Below, piece by piece: positions 12,517 through 24,800 of a DNA stretch of 64,000 nucleotides. Made by a program: the position numbers and the translations under genes. Below the pieces are notes generated by a model. That model ran no database searches, was not told the DNA's origin, and saw only the letters and a list, made by a program, of their open reading frames with translations. Numbering within the stretch: the stretch's first letter is position 1; every line of letters starts with the position of its first letter. This stretch comes from Phallusia mammillata. Lineage: Eukaryota. The stretch is taken from NCBI GenBank assembly GCA_965637545.1, contig OZ281494.1:11904001-11968000 (forward strand). The letters run 5' to 3'.

Positions 12517-15155
12517 CATTGATTTCGCGAATTCAACGACGTTGTACGTAACGTTGTTGATCATGGCGAGGGAATAGGCGTGAAGTCCAGACCTTGTGTC
12601 TCTCCACAACTGATCCTGCGAAGCAATCATTATAGTGTACAAATTAATGCATTTGTTTAAAAACACGTTGATTTTCGCGCAACAGTGTGTGTCATGTTTC
12701 ACTTTGCAAACTTTGATCAAAAAAGTCCAAAAAGAAAAAGCAAATTTGACTTTTATGTAGTGTATGACTTTGCCTTACATTTTTTGTAGTGTGTTTTTGC
12801 AAGTTATTGATTTGCCAAGTATGTCAAAAGTACAAGGGTCGGTGAAAAGAAAACAACTAGTAAAACCAAACAGCTAAGCTACTGATGTGTCAACAGCGCC
12901 ATCTGACGTATGCGATAACAGTGCGAAAGCGTCGACATCTTACATTTTTAAAGCGTTACTGGTAAATTATAACCGGGTAAACACACAGAACTATTAATAC
13001 TATACACTGAAACTTACCAGCAAAATAGCAAGCTCTAGGACTCTTCCAGCTGTATCAACAGCTATCAGCACATTTCCATCTGCTCGCATAGTTTCGATGA
13101 TCTTTGCTAAAACATAAAAGTATATCAACATTTTTGTTAAAACATAAAAAACAGTGTGGATTATCACTATAATCTTATGGTAACCTAAGGAGGATTCCAA
13201 ATAAAGTCGTTTATGGGAGCTTATGTAATAAGGAGTCGAATGTTTTGCTTGAACAAAGTGTTTAAAACCTAAAACAGTACAGACAAACCCACTAAATTTA
13301 TTCATGAAATTTGGCTTAATTTTGCAGCAGCAGTTAAAAGAGGCTCCTTAACCCAACTTCATACTTAGAAGTTGTTCATCCCGAAGTTTTCTTCTTGCTT
13401 GGATATAAGCAGCATTGTAAGCATCTGTGATAAGAAGCTGAGGTGGCCGACTGCTCAGTGAATCACCTGAATGGCAAAACGAAACATTTTTTAGGTGAGT
13501 AGAGACATGGTGACCCATTAGTTTATGTTACTTCTACAGTATGCTGGATAACAACTGGATAGTAAACGAGTTATATGGTTTTTAATTTCAATTTAATTAA
13601 CACAATTTCTTTTCTCTTTGCCAGTTTCATTAATTCGAGGCATTTATTAAAAACTGTGCTATAGTAATGTTGTATTGTATGTATTCCAGAAAATATGCTT
13701 CTATATATATATACATATATATTGGAAAACGAAAAAAAATCTCTGCAAAATAAAACTGTACAAAGGTTGCCAACACTGTACTTGACCATAATGAAAAAGT
13801 TTTTTTAATGTAGTAATTCCTACATGTAAGTACTATTCAAAAAAGGTGTTTTTGACCAAACTAAAAACATATTAGGTCAATGCTAATGCTGACATCAACT
13901 TACCACTGTCAAACAAAGAACAACCATTCAAGTGGCGTTCCCTTTTGTGATTGAAATCAACAGCATATACAACTTCTCCTTCTTCATCATCTTTAACAAT
14001 CTTCCAAGCTGTTCCTCCAATCATGTGACCAGCATGAACAGGAGTAATTGAAAGTCCTTCACCCTTATCTGCACACATAAAATTTTATCAACCAATCATC
14101 TAAAAGAGTTCAAAACCAAGATATTTTAATGTTGTCAACCACTGATCAAAAATATTATTCATGTACTTCTGTATTATGAGTAAAAAATGCACATCCCTGA
14201 ACCTGGTTGCTATTTTCTGTAAGCATGTCACTCGTTGTGTAGTTTAGCATAATTTATAAAAGGTAAAACATCAGAACATATTGACCTCTTAGTGTAACCG
14301 TTTGATTGTGCTTGATTTGAATGATCCTGTCAAATGCAGTGTCAACATCATCTAAAGTGAATTGATCAAATTCTCTGTTGTTGTGGTGTGACTGCAGAGA
14401 AAAATATTCAACCAACTATTAAGAGTCTCTTCATTGCTCTTTGAACAATAAAGTCAATGCTTAATATTTCACAAAGAACATCAATTTTTAACATCAAATT
14501 AGACATGAACCTGAATGCCTTACAATGCAGCCAAAACAGCAGATTAGAGTAATTTCTTTGTTGCATAATAAAGTTAATTACAAAATCTGCTTATTTACAT
14601 GAGAAAGTCTGGCAAAATGTTTATGCAGTTAACCCATTTCATCTGTTGGGGAAAATGCATCAAAAATATTACCTGGAACAAATCGTAGAGGAACATTTGC
14701 CCCATCTTGTATACAGGCACAGTGGCATAAATGGGGCAATTTAAACCCAAGTGTCCAACAAGATATGGGAGAGCACCAAGATGCTGAGCATCCGGAAATG
14801 AAAGTAGCACAGCATCAATGTGTGAGATGTGTCTAGTAATAAAAAGAAAATAGATTTCAGATTGTGGCATTACATAGAAAGCTCAAAAAAATGACTCAGG
14901 AACTGATTGCACTTGAAAACTATTTTTAGCTACATATATACTTTTTAATGTTTTCAATGAGTTTTAAATCGAATTCTTCATCCCATCCACAGTCCAGAAG
15001 AAAGGTAAATTCATCAACCTAGAAAATAAATTTCCATGCATTTTGATTTAGAACAGGATGACTCCAATGTACATTTAACTTACTTGCAACATATAACAAC
15101 ATGGTCCTTCATTTAAGGCCCCAGACAAAGGGGTGAACTTAATAATGGAGGTCAT
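12517..15155 (-). CDS. CPSF2: Cleavage and polyadenylation specificity factor 100 kDa, exons 1-8 only (290 codons)
   Basis: Exons 15155-15084, 15018-14942, 14832-14673, 14391-14286, 14068-13904, 13466-13365, 13106-13018, 12615-12517, with consistent phases. MTSIIKF...LLDCGWDE...HLGALPYL...[10 protein letters not shown]...[12 protein letters not shown]...DTAGRVLEL...[10 protein letters not shown]. Confidence 0.95.
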
Positions 15156-15621
15156 GTGTCATATATTCAGTACAAGTATCAAAAACCTGTTGTAAATTAG
15201 AAAAGTTACTTTTATAGGTTTTCATGCTAGTCCAAATAAAGGTTAACAAATTTAGCAAGAACATAATTGACAACCATGCTGCAATACGTTTTTGGGCAAC
15301 TAATAAATGCATCAACAATCAAGATACAAGAGGCCAATTGGGTAACACTGCAATTTTGTGCTCACAAAGCTGCTGGCTTTAATCTTGTTTAGCTACTTGT
15401 GTTTCCACCAACAAAAATCTTGCGTGACATAAGAAGCAAGAGGGTAAAATAAACTGAATTTACAAACTTAATAAAATAACTTTGTGACAAGCAGCTAGAG
15501 GACACACTTCTTTCCGTAATTCTGTCCAATTATTCAGCAAATAAAAACAAAGCACATACAGAAAAATAGCAATAAATACAAAAGCAATAATTTCCTGGTG
15601 AGAACACCATTTTTATCAATG

Positions 15622-15897
15622 TCATTTAAATTTTTGATTTAAGCTTTGTAACTTAGACAGCAAATTCCGCTTCTGAAATATCTGAGAATCTAATTCCATT
15701 AAAGTTTGGTCATCAAGTGCTGATGTTTGGTATTTTCCTTTTAAATCACATTGTTTTTTATGTTGCGTGTTTGAAGATTCTGACCAGTTCTTGTAAAGTT
15801 GTTTCTGTCCGATTTCTTTGGACAACTCGGCAACAGATTTTCGAAGTCGTTCTGTCACATGTTTTCTTTGGTTTTCGGCTTCTACTTCCTCTGTCAT
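15622..15897 (-). CDS. Small intronless coiled-coil protein, 91 aa, function unknown
   Basis: ATG ORF MTEEVEAENQRKHVTERLRKSVAELSKE...LLSKLQSLNQKFK with heptad character; acceptor GCCGTAG| at 15931; sits directly upstream of CPSF2 on the same strand. Confidence 0.6.
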   Translation of the reverse strand: MTEEVEAENQRKHVTERLRKSVAELSKEIGQKQLYKNWSESSNTQHKKQCDLKGKYQTSALDDQTLMELDSQIFQKRNLLSKLQSLNQKFK

Positions 15898-15990
15898 TTA
15901 TTTGAAATTCGTCGAATTAACAAAATAGATCTACGGCATGTAACAAAAACCACTTGGTCAGCTGCACATGTTTGTTTCTAAACTGAAAAG

Positions 15991-16496
15991 CAGTGTTTCA
16001 TACCGGAACGGAACGTTATACCGGAACGAAATAAATAATTTTTGGCTCAAATACCGGAACGAAATACCGAAATAAAAAATATTCCAAATACCGGAACGGA
16101 ACGAAATACCGCTATTTTTTATTCCGGTATTTCGTTCTGGACATTTGTCATGAAACAATTGCTGAAAATTTCGCGCCGTTAAGCTATAATAAAAATTGAA
16201 GCTCCTACAATTTACATCCGTTTGACCATCATTGACAAATGTTATGTGACGTAACAACTACCGACAATAATTCTTGTGTGTTGCAACTTTCTTTCTTTTT
16301 TCGCTTTATAGTTGCAAAGACCACAAAGAAATGTTCGTTTGTTAAGACCGAAATACCGAAAAATACCGTTATAAATTTATTTCGGTCAGACCGGAACGAA
16401 ATGAAAATATCGGTCCAGAACGAAATAACGAAATAAATAGTTTGCTCAGAACGAATAACGTTATTTGGTTTCGTTCCGTTCCGGTATGAAACACTG
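15991..16496. mobile_element. hAT-type MITE
   Basis: 25-bp TIR CAGTGTTTCATACCGGAACGGAACG; 8-bp TSD CTGAAAAG; internal ATACCGGAACGAAAT repeats. Confidence 0.9.
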
Positions 16497-17348
16497 CTGA
16501 AAAGCATTCCCGCTGCTGTTGCGATCTTTGCTGCCCACTTGCGAATGTTGTTGTTCTTTTGTTTAGCCACTAGTTTAATAGTTCTTTAAAATTAAAGTCA
16601 GACAAATTTTTACGTAGCATGAACGTATAGAGTTAAATAATATTTTACCTCATTATGCGCTCGAGCCTCGAGGACTCATGTAAACCCAAGTATTATATAG
16701 ACTTTGATGCAAACTTTGCACGGATCATGCACGGATTCATTTAAGTCCACGGACTCGGGTTAGAGAAACAACACATGAACAAAAACGAAAATAAATTTTG
16801 ACTCCATGAAAGACAAAGAAACATTGTAACAGCTTCCTGAATGGTAGGGTAAGCTACAAGTTGGTGATATTAGTAAAAAATGAACCAAACGAAAACGAAA
16901 ATAATTTCAGTGACGTTTTCGTCACGCATCACTTGTTGCCTTCTGTTTCTGTGTGTTGTGTAGTGTGTGCTTGTTTTCAATGAACACATTTTTCATGCTG
17001 GTTTTCCTGAGTAAGAAATGTGGAAAAACATGAGTACTATCGGCAGAGTATATTTTTACCACAGTACAATCTTATTTTGTCTTTTCGGACTTAAAACTTC
17101 AGTATTATCTTTTTTTTCAAAAAATTAGCTTGGCAAATTATGTGTAAACTTCTGTACTTATAATGATGTATATAATTTTCCCTTTTTTAATTTTCCTTAT
17201 CAGTGTAGCAACTTACAGCTATCGTGTATTAAAAAATAATCATTCATAAGGCAAGAACATGGATAATGTGGTATAGCACTTAAATTTGCCTATCTGTTAT
17301 TCCTGACAACAAGATCATTTGTTCGGGCTTCAGAAACATATCATCAAA

Positions 17349-20300
17349 ATGCCATCAAAGAAAAAGAAGTATAATTCAAGGTTTCCACCAGTAAGTACAT
17401 CTGTCTTAAAAATGTCTTTGAAATTTTGTGTCATTGTTCCATTGTAGATTTTGTTAAAACCGATATTCTTTTTACAGGCTCGAATTAAAAAAATAATGCA
17501 AACCGATGATGAAATTGGAAAAGTTGCTGCTGCTGTTCCAGTATTAATTTGTATCCTTGAAAGATAAATTTTAGATTTAGGGCACCAGGATTTGTTGAAC
17601 CAAAGTCTGTTTTAGGCCCAATAAGAACACATATTATATAACACAAGTAATAAAATACTGGCATCACAAAATCAAAATACATTTTTTGGTCTAGAGGTTT
17701 CATTTTTGTGTTGCTTGTCTAAAACATAATAATTTACTTTCACTACATGTTCTTTGCTGTAGTTTGTTTACTTTCTTAACATCATTGTCTGTAGCCAAAT
17801 GCTTGGAAATGTTCTTGGTATCGATTCTTCAGCATACGGGAGAGGTAACAAAAGGAAAGCATGCGAAGACAATGTCAACGTCTCATTTGTAAGTACAGTA
17901 TTACCAATTTCCTTTGAAGGAAAGTCGAAGCACATAAACAAGTTGATGTTATGAAAACAAATCATGCTTTATTGGCAGAACAACTAACACTAAATAATTT
18001 TCCTGTCACCTAACTTACTTTGTTACACAAAAATATACTTCATTACATCACCTTGTTTTGTTTACAAAACTACATAAAATTAGCCGAAAATATTTTTAAT
18101 CAGGCATTTGTGGTAAAACTTGATATTTTTAATGTTTATAAGTAGATCAATTGAATGTGAGTGGATAAAAAAGGCTTTTGTGCTATTTTGGAATGTTGAA
18201 GAATGTAGTTTATACGTGAGATTTCTCCCTTTAGAAAAGAATGCATCAACAATGTTGGGATGTTCGATTTCCTTAAAGATGTGGTGGCTAATGTTGCTGA
18301 CATGCAAAATGAAGAAGAACCTGGTACAAGTAGTTCAGGATTACCAGAGGAAGCCAAAAAGACTGCCCGAAAACGGTAAGTAAGAGTTGCTTACTTTTAA
18401 AACAATAGGTAACATGAAACTTTTTTATCCCGTTCAATGTGCAAACATTTTTTTTCCAATGTTTTGTTTTGTATATGTTTTTTAAATACACTGATACAGT
18501 AATGTAGATTTTATATCTAACGATTGCCATATGACATTAAATAAACTTTAATGAAAATTAATTGCATTTTGATTGCATTTAAGGAACTCAACAAACCCCA
18601 AAACTCCAAAAAAGAGAGCAAGGCTTGGGGAAAGCAGGAAAAACTCAACTAAAGAAGAATTGGCTGTACGTATTGCTGTTGCTAACCAATCTACATTGAT
18701 TTTTATCTGACCTTGTTTCAGTATTGATTACTGCCACTATCAGTCATTGTGAGTGCAGCAGCGTTTTCATACATGCCTATATGCAGGGGCGTATCCAGAA
18801 ATTTTTAAAGGGGGGGGTCCAACAATTTTTTCGGGGGGAAATCCCTAATGACGTCATTATGACGTCACACGTCGTTCAAAACGACGCGTTATGCGGCAAA
18901 GCACTTTTTCCAAAATTGGCGGTTTCTAGAACTAAATCTATTGCTGAAGCGGTAATCCTACTGTTAAGTTGCGCAAAGTCACGAATGCACTAAAGGTGGT
19001 AACTGCAGAAGGCATAAATTGTGCCTGGCAAGTAACAAATTACCCTAATAACATAACTCGATTTACATCGATCTAATGTTTTTGACAAACTATTACGTGT
19101 TTGGCGGATCAAAGCATACACAACATTACACGTTTTTAACACTTTTACATTGTTCAAATGCAAAAACAGTTTGATATGTTGCACTTAGTGCAGTTACCAC
19201 TTAGCAAGAAACTGCCACCAGCGTCCTAGCCGGAACGTAACTTTCCGATTGTTAGCGCATAAACCTCCTTATTAAACCCTTGTTACGTCACAATTGGCGA
19301 TTAGATAACAAGCGAATACAAGAGATTGAAGGCTTACGTCTTTGAGATAACGAATCCCTGTTATCACGCAGTGGTAAACGGAACGATTTTGGCCTATTTA
19401 ATTTACGCACAACTTTTTGAAAAGGGGGGGGGTTTGGGGGTCCGGACCTTGGATACGCCACTGTCTATATGTATTGCTTTTGTAATTTAAAAACAAGACT
19501 TTTGATTTGTTTTGATATTTTTGGCGCTCGATTTTAGCCTACTGCATCGGAAGATGAGGATTCATGTGCGGAGACATCTCAAGATAGTAGCAACGGTCTT
19601 CTTTCTTCTTCACTGTCTTCAACTGGCCATGGAAGCCCAAAAGAAATGATGAAGCCAAGCCAAGTTATTGAAAGGTATGATTCTAATTATGGAACATCCT
19701 TTTGTGCCATACTAAGCATTTTTGGCTGAAGTGTGCCCATACATAAAATATTTCTGAAAATTTGTAACAAGTACAATTGTCTCTAAACCACACATAGCTT
19801 CCAGAAGGTTTATGCCTGCTATGTATTATTTTATGCATCATTAAAATGTTTTAAAGTGTGGTACATAATGGTCTTAATAGCTGATTACCTAAATTCAGTT
19901 TAAAAAAACAATATTAAGACAATTTTTATGACTGCACTTATGCTATTCTTTATGGTTTGGTACCCCCACACTACAGTGCAAGTTTAAACTGTGATGTTTG
20001 TATTTACAGACCAAGAGATGGAAAGACCAGTGATAGCATGTCATTTCACATTCCGTTAACTAATTTAATCTCTGCTGATGGCACAGAAGTCAGCCCGAAA
20101 AAGAACCTCGGGAAGGAAACCACCTCCTCAGAAGTAAAAAAGAAGCTCCTTAAAAAGATTGACAGCAACTTGGATGGCAACAAACCCAAAACAACTGAAG
20201 CAGATCTTGATGGAGCAGAGGCGATTGATATGACAATAAAGCCACCTGTGGCCCATACAACTAGGTGCCCAGTAATCGTGACCAACTGTGCTGTAATAGC

Positions 20301-20805
20301 CCAGCAAAAATCAACAGTTACCCCTGCATTAACAGTGCCCAATTATAAGGTGTCAAACACATTGCTAAGGGCAGACTCTAATGGTGGCCATCCTGCATTG
20401 CCACAGCAGTCTCCTGCTATACCTTCACCATTGAACATGTCCCACTTATATCGTCCAACACCTGCAGGAGTACCAACCCATCCAGGTAGTGCAAAACACG
20501 GGTCCGAGCACTCCATGCCTGAAGGTGGCATGTTGTCATTTTTATACAGCCCCTACACAGGAGACGCACATTCACCTGTCGTTTTGCCTCCGAGACCAGC
20601 TGGGGAACATTTAGGGCAGCCTCAAACAAAAGACATAAACTTACATAAGTCTGGGGTTTTAAGCCCCCCTTTTCAGTACCCCTACAACCCAGTATCAGCA
20701 CAGCGTGAACACAACCCACCGGGCACAATGTCCCATTTCCCACCAGCATCTCAAACACAAAATATTGCTTCAAAATTACATGAAGATGATGATTATGATG
20801 TTTGA
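17349..20805 (+). CDS. DRAP1: Dr1-associated corepressor (NC2-alpha), about 454 aa in 7 exons
   Basis: [14 protein letters not shown]|[24 protein letters not shown]|SKCLEMFL...KTMSTSHL|KECI...FDFLKDVV; C-terminus EDDDYDV. Exons 17349-17390, 17478-17550, 17795-17888, 18235-18375, 18584-18665, 19538-19674, 20010-20805. Confidence 0.95.
17551..17794 (+). other. U12-type (minor spliceosome) GT-AG intron in DRAP1
   Basis: 5' splice site GTATCCTT; branch site TTTCTTAAC at 17772-17780, 14 nt before the terminal AG. Confidence 0.8.
18784..19463. mobile_element. hAT-type MITE in DRAP1 intron 5, with an internal inverted-repeat insert (~18992-19204)
   Basis: TIR CAGGGGCGTATCC / GGATACGCCACTG; TSD CCTATATG / TCTATATG (7 of 8 match); inner inverted repeat GTGGTAACTGCA / TGCAGTTACCAC. 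Confidence 0.8.
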
Positions 20806-21864
20806 AGCAACATATTTTAGGCGTTTTTGACCAAATGATGCAGTGACTATGAGCTCGTTCATTCCAAATGTTACATGCAGGTTGTTACAACAACAAAATA
20901 ATACAATGTGGGTTGTTTCAAATGTATTGGGTCCAAAAAGGCAGACTTTTTTAAAGACAGTTTGCAGGACTTATTTGGTTAATGGAGTTTTTAAAATATG
21001 ATGTAATTAATCTGGAACAACCTTAACCTTACCATGGTAACTATTGCAGATTTTTTAGGCTGTAGAAAGATGGTGGTAACTATTCTCCCCCAGTCATAAT
21101 ACAACTACTCACCTTTTAGAAGTGCAAGATTTATTTTGCAGTAACTGTATGATCAGCAATTGTAGGTTAGGCAACCCAATTGGGAAAAATATTTGTAAAC
21201 AGTGTAACTTACATAAGATGCTTAACAAACAAATGGCTTTCACCTACATGTGTAACACTCTTAACAAATACAATGATTAGAAAATATGCAGGGTCATATT
21301 AATATAAAATGCAGTAGCCGATCATGTTGAACAATGCACCTAACATGAAACTGATGCACTAGCAGTTAATAAAAAAGTGATAGAGAATAAGTAAAGAAAC
21401 TTGATTTTGAAATAACACAATACATTTATGATGTTCCATATTGCACCTAAAAGTGAAAATTTAAGCAAAAAATGAAATCTACAATGGATGCACACTTCAC
21501 TGTTTAGGCAAGTGCTGCTGTATCTGCTACAATGATGACTGAAAGGGCTTCATACAATTGAAGGAAATAACCAGAACAAAACAGCAACAGTGGGGTTACT
21601 TACTTTATGTGATATAGTATTTAAAATGATCACTTGACACTTTTTTCCAATATAATGTACAAATACGCACAATCTAAGTGCTGGGATTGCAATTGTTTTG
21701 GTCCATTTTTGTCAACTTATCACTATGATTGCTCTGTTATAAACGGCATCTATTTCGTTCACAATGTGACTGAGTTGGTCAAATAAACAACAAACAAGGA
21801 TCTTGCACCTACTGATGTGCAACGCTTCAGGTTTGAATAGAACAAGTCTCTTGACATTCTATAA

Positions 21865-24800
21865 TCAATCCATTACATTGCCATATTCCCTAGCTTGCTC
21901 AAAGCTGTTTCTCCTTCGTGTGTCAAGCTGCGATTCAGTTAAATCCAAATCAACAACTTCAATTACATCATTGGCTTGAACTGAAAAATTGGCTTCATTT
22001 GTGCAAACAACATTGTCATCTTGTTCTGTAGAGTTGACCGTCGCATTTATATCTACCTGGGTGTAAATTGCATCTTCAGTTGGTTGTGGTTGTTTTTCAG
22101 TGGAAGCAAATTCTTGTGGAGGAGGTGGTGTAGTCAACAGGAAGCTTTCAAAACTTGGATTGCCATGCGCTATTTCAGATAAAAGGTGACCACTGTCAGG
22201 AGTCTGACTTGGAGTTAAGTTAACATTGGCCATAGTATCAGTTGCAGTCTCCACATTCATATTCAGTAAATCTTCCAGATTCATTCCTTCAGGTTCTTTC
22301 TTTATTTCCACTTCATTGTATGAAAGAAGCAGATTTTTCTGTGCTGGTGTTGTCATAACATCAGTATCGGGGCCAGTTTTAATTTCTTCATTTTTCAATT
22401 GAGCTGGCAGCTCTTCTTCTTCATAAACATCGGTAGGATCCCATTCTAAAGTAATTTCTTTGTCATGCAAATCATCCATGATGTCCTCATCTCTATCAAG
22501 AAGTCCGAGACCTTCAGGTTGATGTTGTTCATTAAAACCATATTCTTTTTTAGGACTTGGTGTTTGTGACACTGACAGGTCTCTGTCGTCTTCGTCGTCA
22601 CTGTTGTCACCTGTCAAAAGTGATGATGTTTCAGCTTGGCTTGCTGACACCTTGCCTCTTACTTTATAGGGAGAACTCTTTAGAGAACTTGACTTTGATG
22701 ATGGCAAACTGGATGCTACAACGTCTGCAGCTTTGGCAAGAAATGTAGAGGCAATGTAGGCATCTGGAAGAGTGGGCTTTCTGAAGTCAAGCTCCTCAGG
22801 GCTACTTGGTACTGAGTGTGATGGTGGAAGGACAGGCTCTCTAGGAAGATTTAAATTTAGCTTGTGTTTTAATTCCGGCGCCTTTTTAGGGATTCTCCTT
22901 TTTGGCCCAACAGCATAAACCCCATAAGCTCCTGCTGGGGCCTCATCATCATCATTATCATCTGCATATTGGGAACCTGTGGGCACAGTTCTACGTTCCC
23001 ATGGAGATGACTCACTTGAAGTTTCTTGGGTTTGCTCCCATGGGCTTGACAGCTTGCCAGAACCAGAACTTTGTTCCCATGGTGACGATGTACCAGTGTG
23101 AGATGCACTTGATGAGTTTGAAAGTTTAATAGATTCTGCACAAAAATTTACTTTTATTCAATTGAAGCTTTACAACAGTACCACACTCCAAACACACCCG
23201 GCTTACTAAAAGAAAATGCAACATTATTACATATTGCAGGGGCGGGCAACTTCTCCAGTCGGCGGGCCTGATATGGGAAAATGAAGTACGGCGGGCCGGA
23301 TACCCGAATTGATACATTAATCGCGTATTTATCCAGAGATTTAAAGCGGATTTTTGACCACTTAAACGTCCTAAACCAAATACAATCAAGAACGTCACAA
23401 TTACAATACAGTCCAAACAATCTAAATGATATAACATAAAATTATTTACCACAGCAAATTGAATGCATACACCACAGACTTAGATACTGCTGAAACACTA
23501 ACTAGGCTACACATGTGGAAACAAAGGAAGCCGTGAAAGCAGGCCACACACAAGGTTGGCGGTTATGTCGTAACAATAGATGTATGGTGCAATGGTAACA
23601 AAGGCGGGAAAGTTTTTTGCTATTGGGGAGCGTTACTGTCCGTTACAACTATAATTTGACGTAGTAAGCAAGTAGTGTGGGATTGCGGCAGACTGTGGCC
23701 GTGGGCCACATTATCATGTAAGACCAGAAACCGCTCAAAATCCCGCGGCGGATCCGGCCCGCGGGCCGTATGTTGCCCGCCCCTGACATATTGGCTCAAC
23801 AAGACATAAAAGCCATAACAAAAACAAGCAAGAGAGAAGAGTGAAACCAGGAATATGGCTTAGTTTATATTGCTTTTTAACATAAACTATAGCCTATTAT
23901 GAAAAGTTTGCATACTCTATACCAGGGGTCGGCAACCCTTGGCACACATGCCAAGGTTGGCACGCGAGGTGGTTTTTCATGGCACGACAACCGATTTGCG
24001 TGTTTATATTGAAGTAACAATTTAACCTGCTAAACCGCTTGTTTTCAGTTTTTATCATGTTATTGTCTTAAAATTCAGCTTTACATGCACAAAACGCTTT
24101 GCTTTCTCTTTATTATTGATATCAGCTGGCATGATCTATTATTATTTAGAAAAACGTTGGCACGCGAGGTCATTAATACATGGAAATAACAAGTAAATTG
24201 GCACGCTTCGCCTAAAAGGTTGTCGGCCCCTGCTCTATACACTTATTTAATATTTCAAGTATTAGCCAATGTTTTATAACAATGTTTTTTTGCAGGCACA
24301 AACCCATGGGTTCCCACACATGCAAATTTATAGATAATGCATTCTATGATACAACTTGGTGATGTGAGGTCCAACACAGAAATCAATATTCTGCTAAAAT
24401 AATCATGCTATATGAGTTGCAAGCTCTCATTAAAATCAGCCTTTAAAAATTTGACTCGTTTTCTGGAATTAGTAAGATGGATAAACTGCAGGGATGAAAA
24501 TGAAATAAACAAACAAAGTAAAACCAAACTGTTTCCCCTTCAGGAAGAGGACTTATAACTAAATGATAGGCTTTTGCACAAATTATCTATTGACTTACAT
24601 TAGGTTGTTGTGCAAAAAATACAGATCTACATCACAAAAAAATAACTTTAGATCGACATTCATTTACAACAAACCTTGCTGATGGTTGCCATAGTCTGGC
24701 TTGATAAGTTTTTTTTCAGTATATCGTGCTTTGTATGTAGAGGTAAGTTGGGGATCTTGAATGAAGTCGGCAGGTTCAAGATTCATGTGAACATTTTCAG

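Noticed and set aside
15991-16496. ATACCGGAACGAAAT repeats suggesting a CRISPR-like array
   Set aside because: Irregular spacing, eukaryotic context, and enclosed by TIRs and a TSD: these are MITE subterminal repeats.
15958-16570. ORFs 15958-16257, 16229-16570 and 16239-16436
   Set aside because: They lie in or across the MITE and are repeat-derived low-complexity translations.
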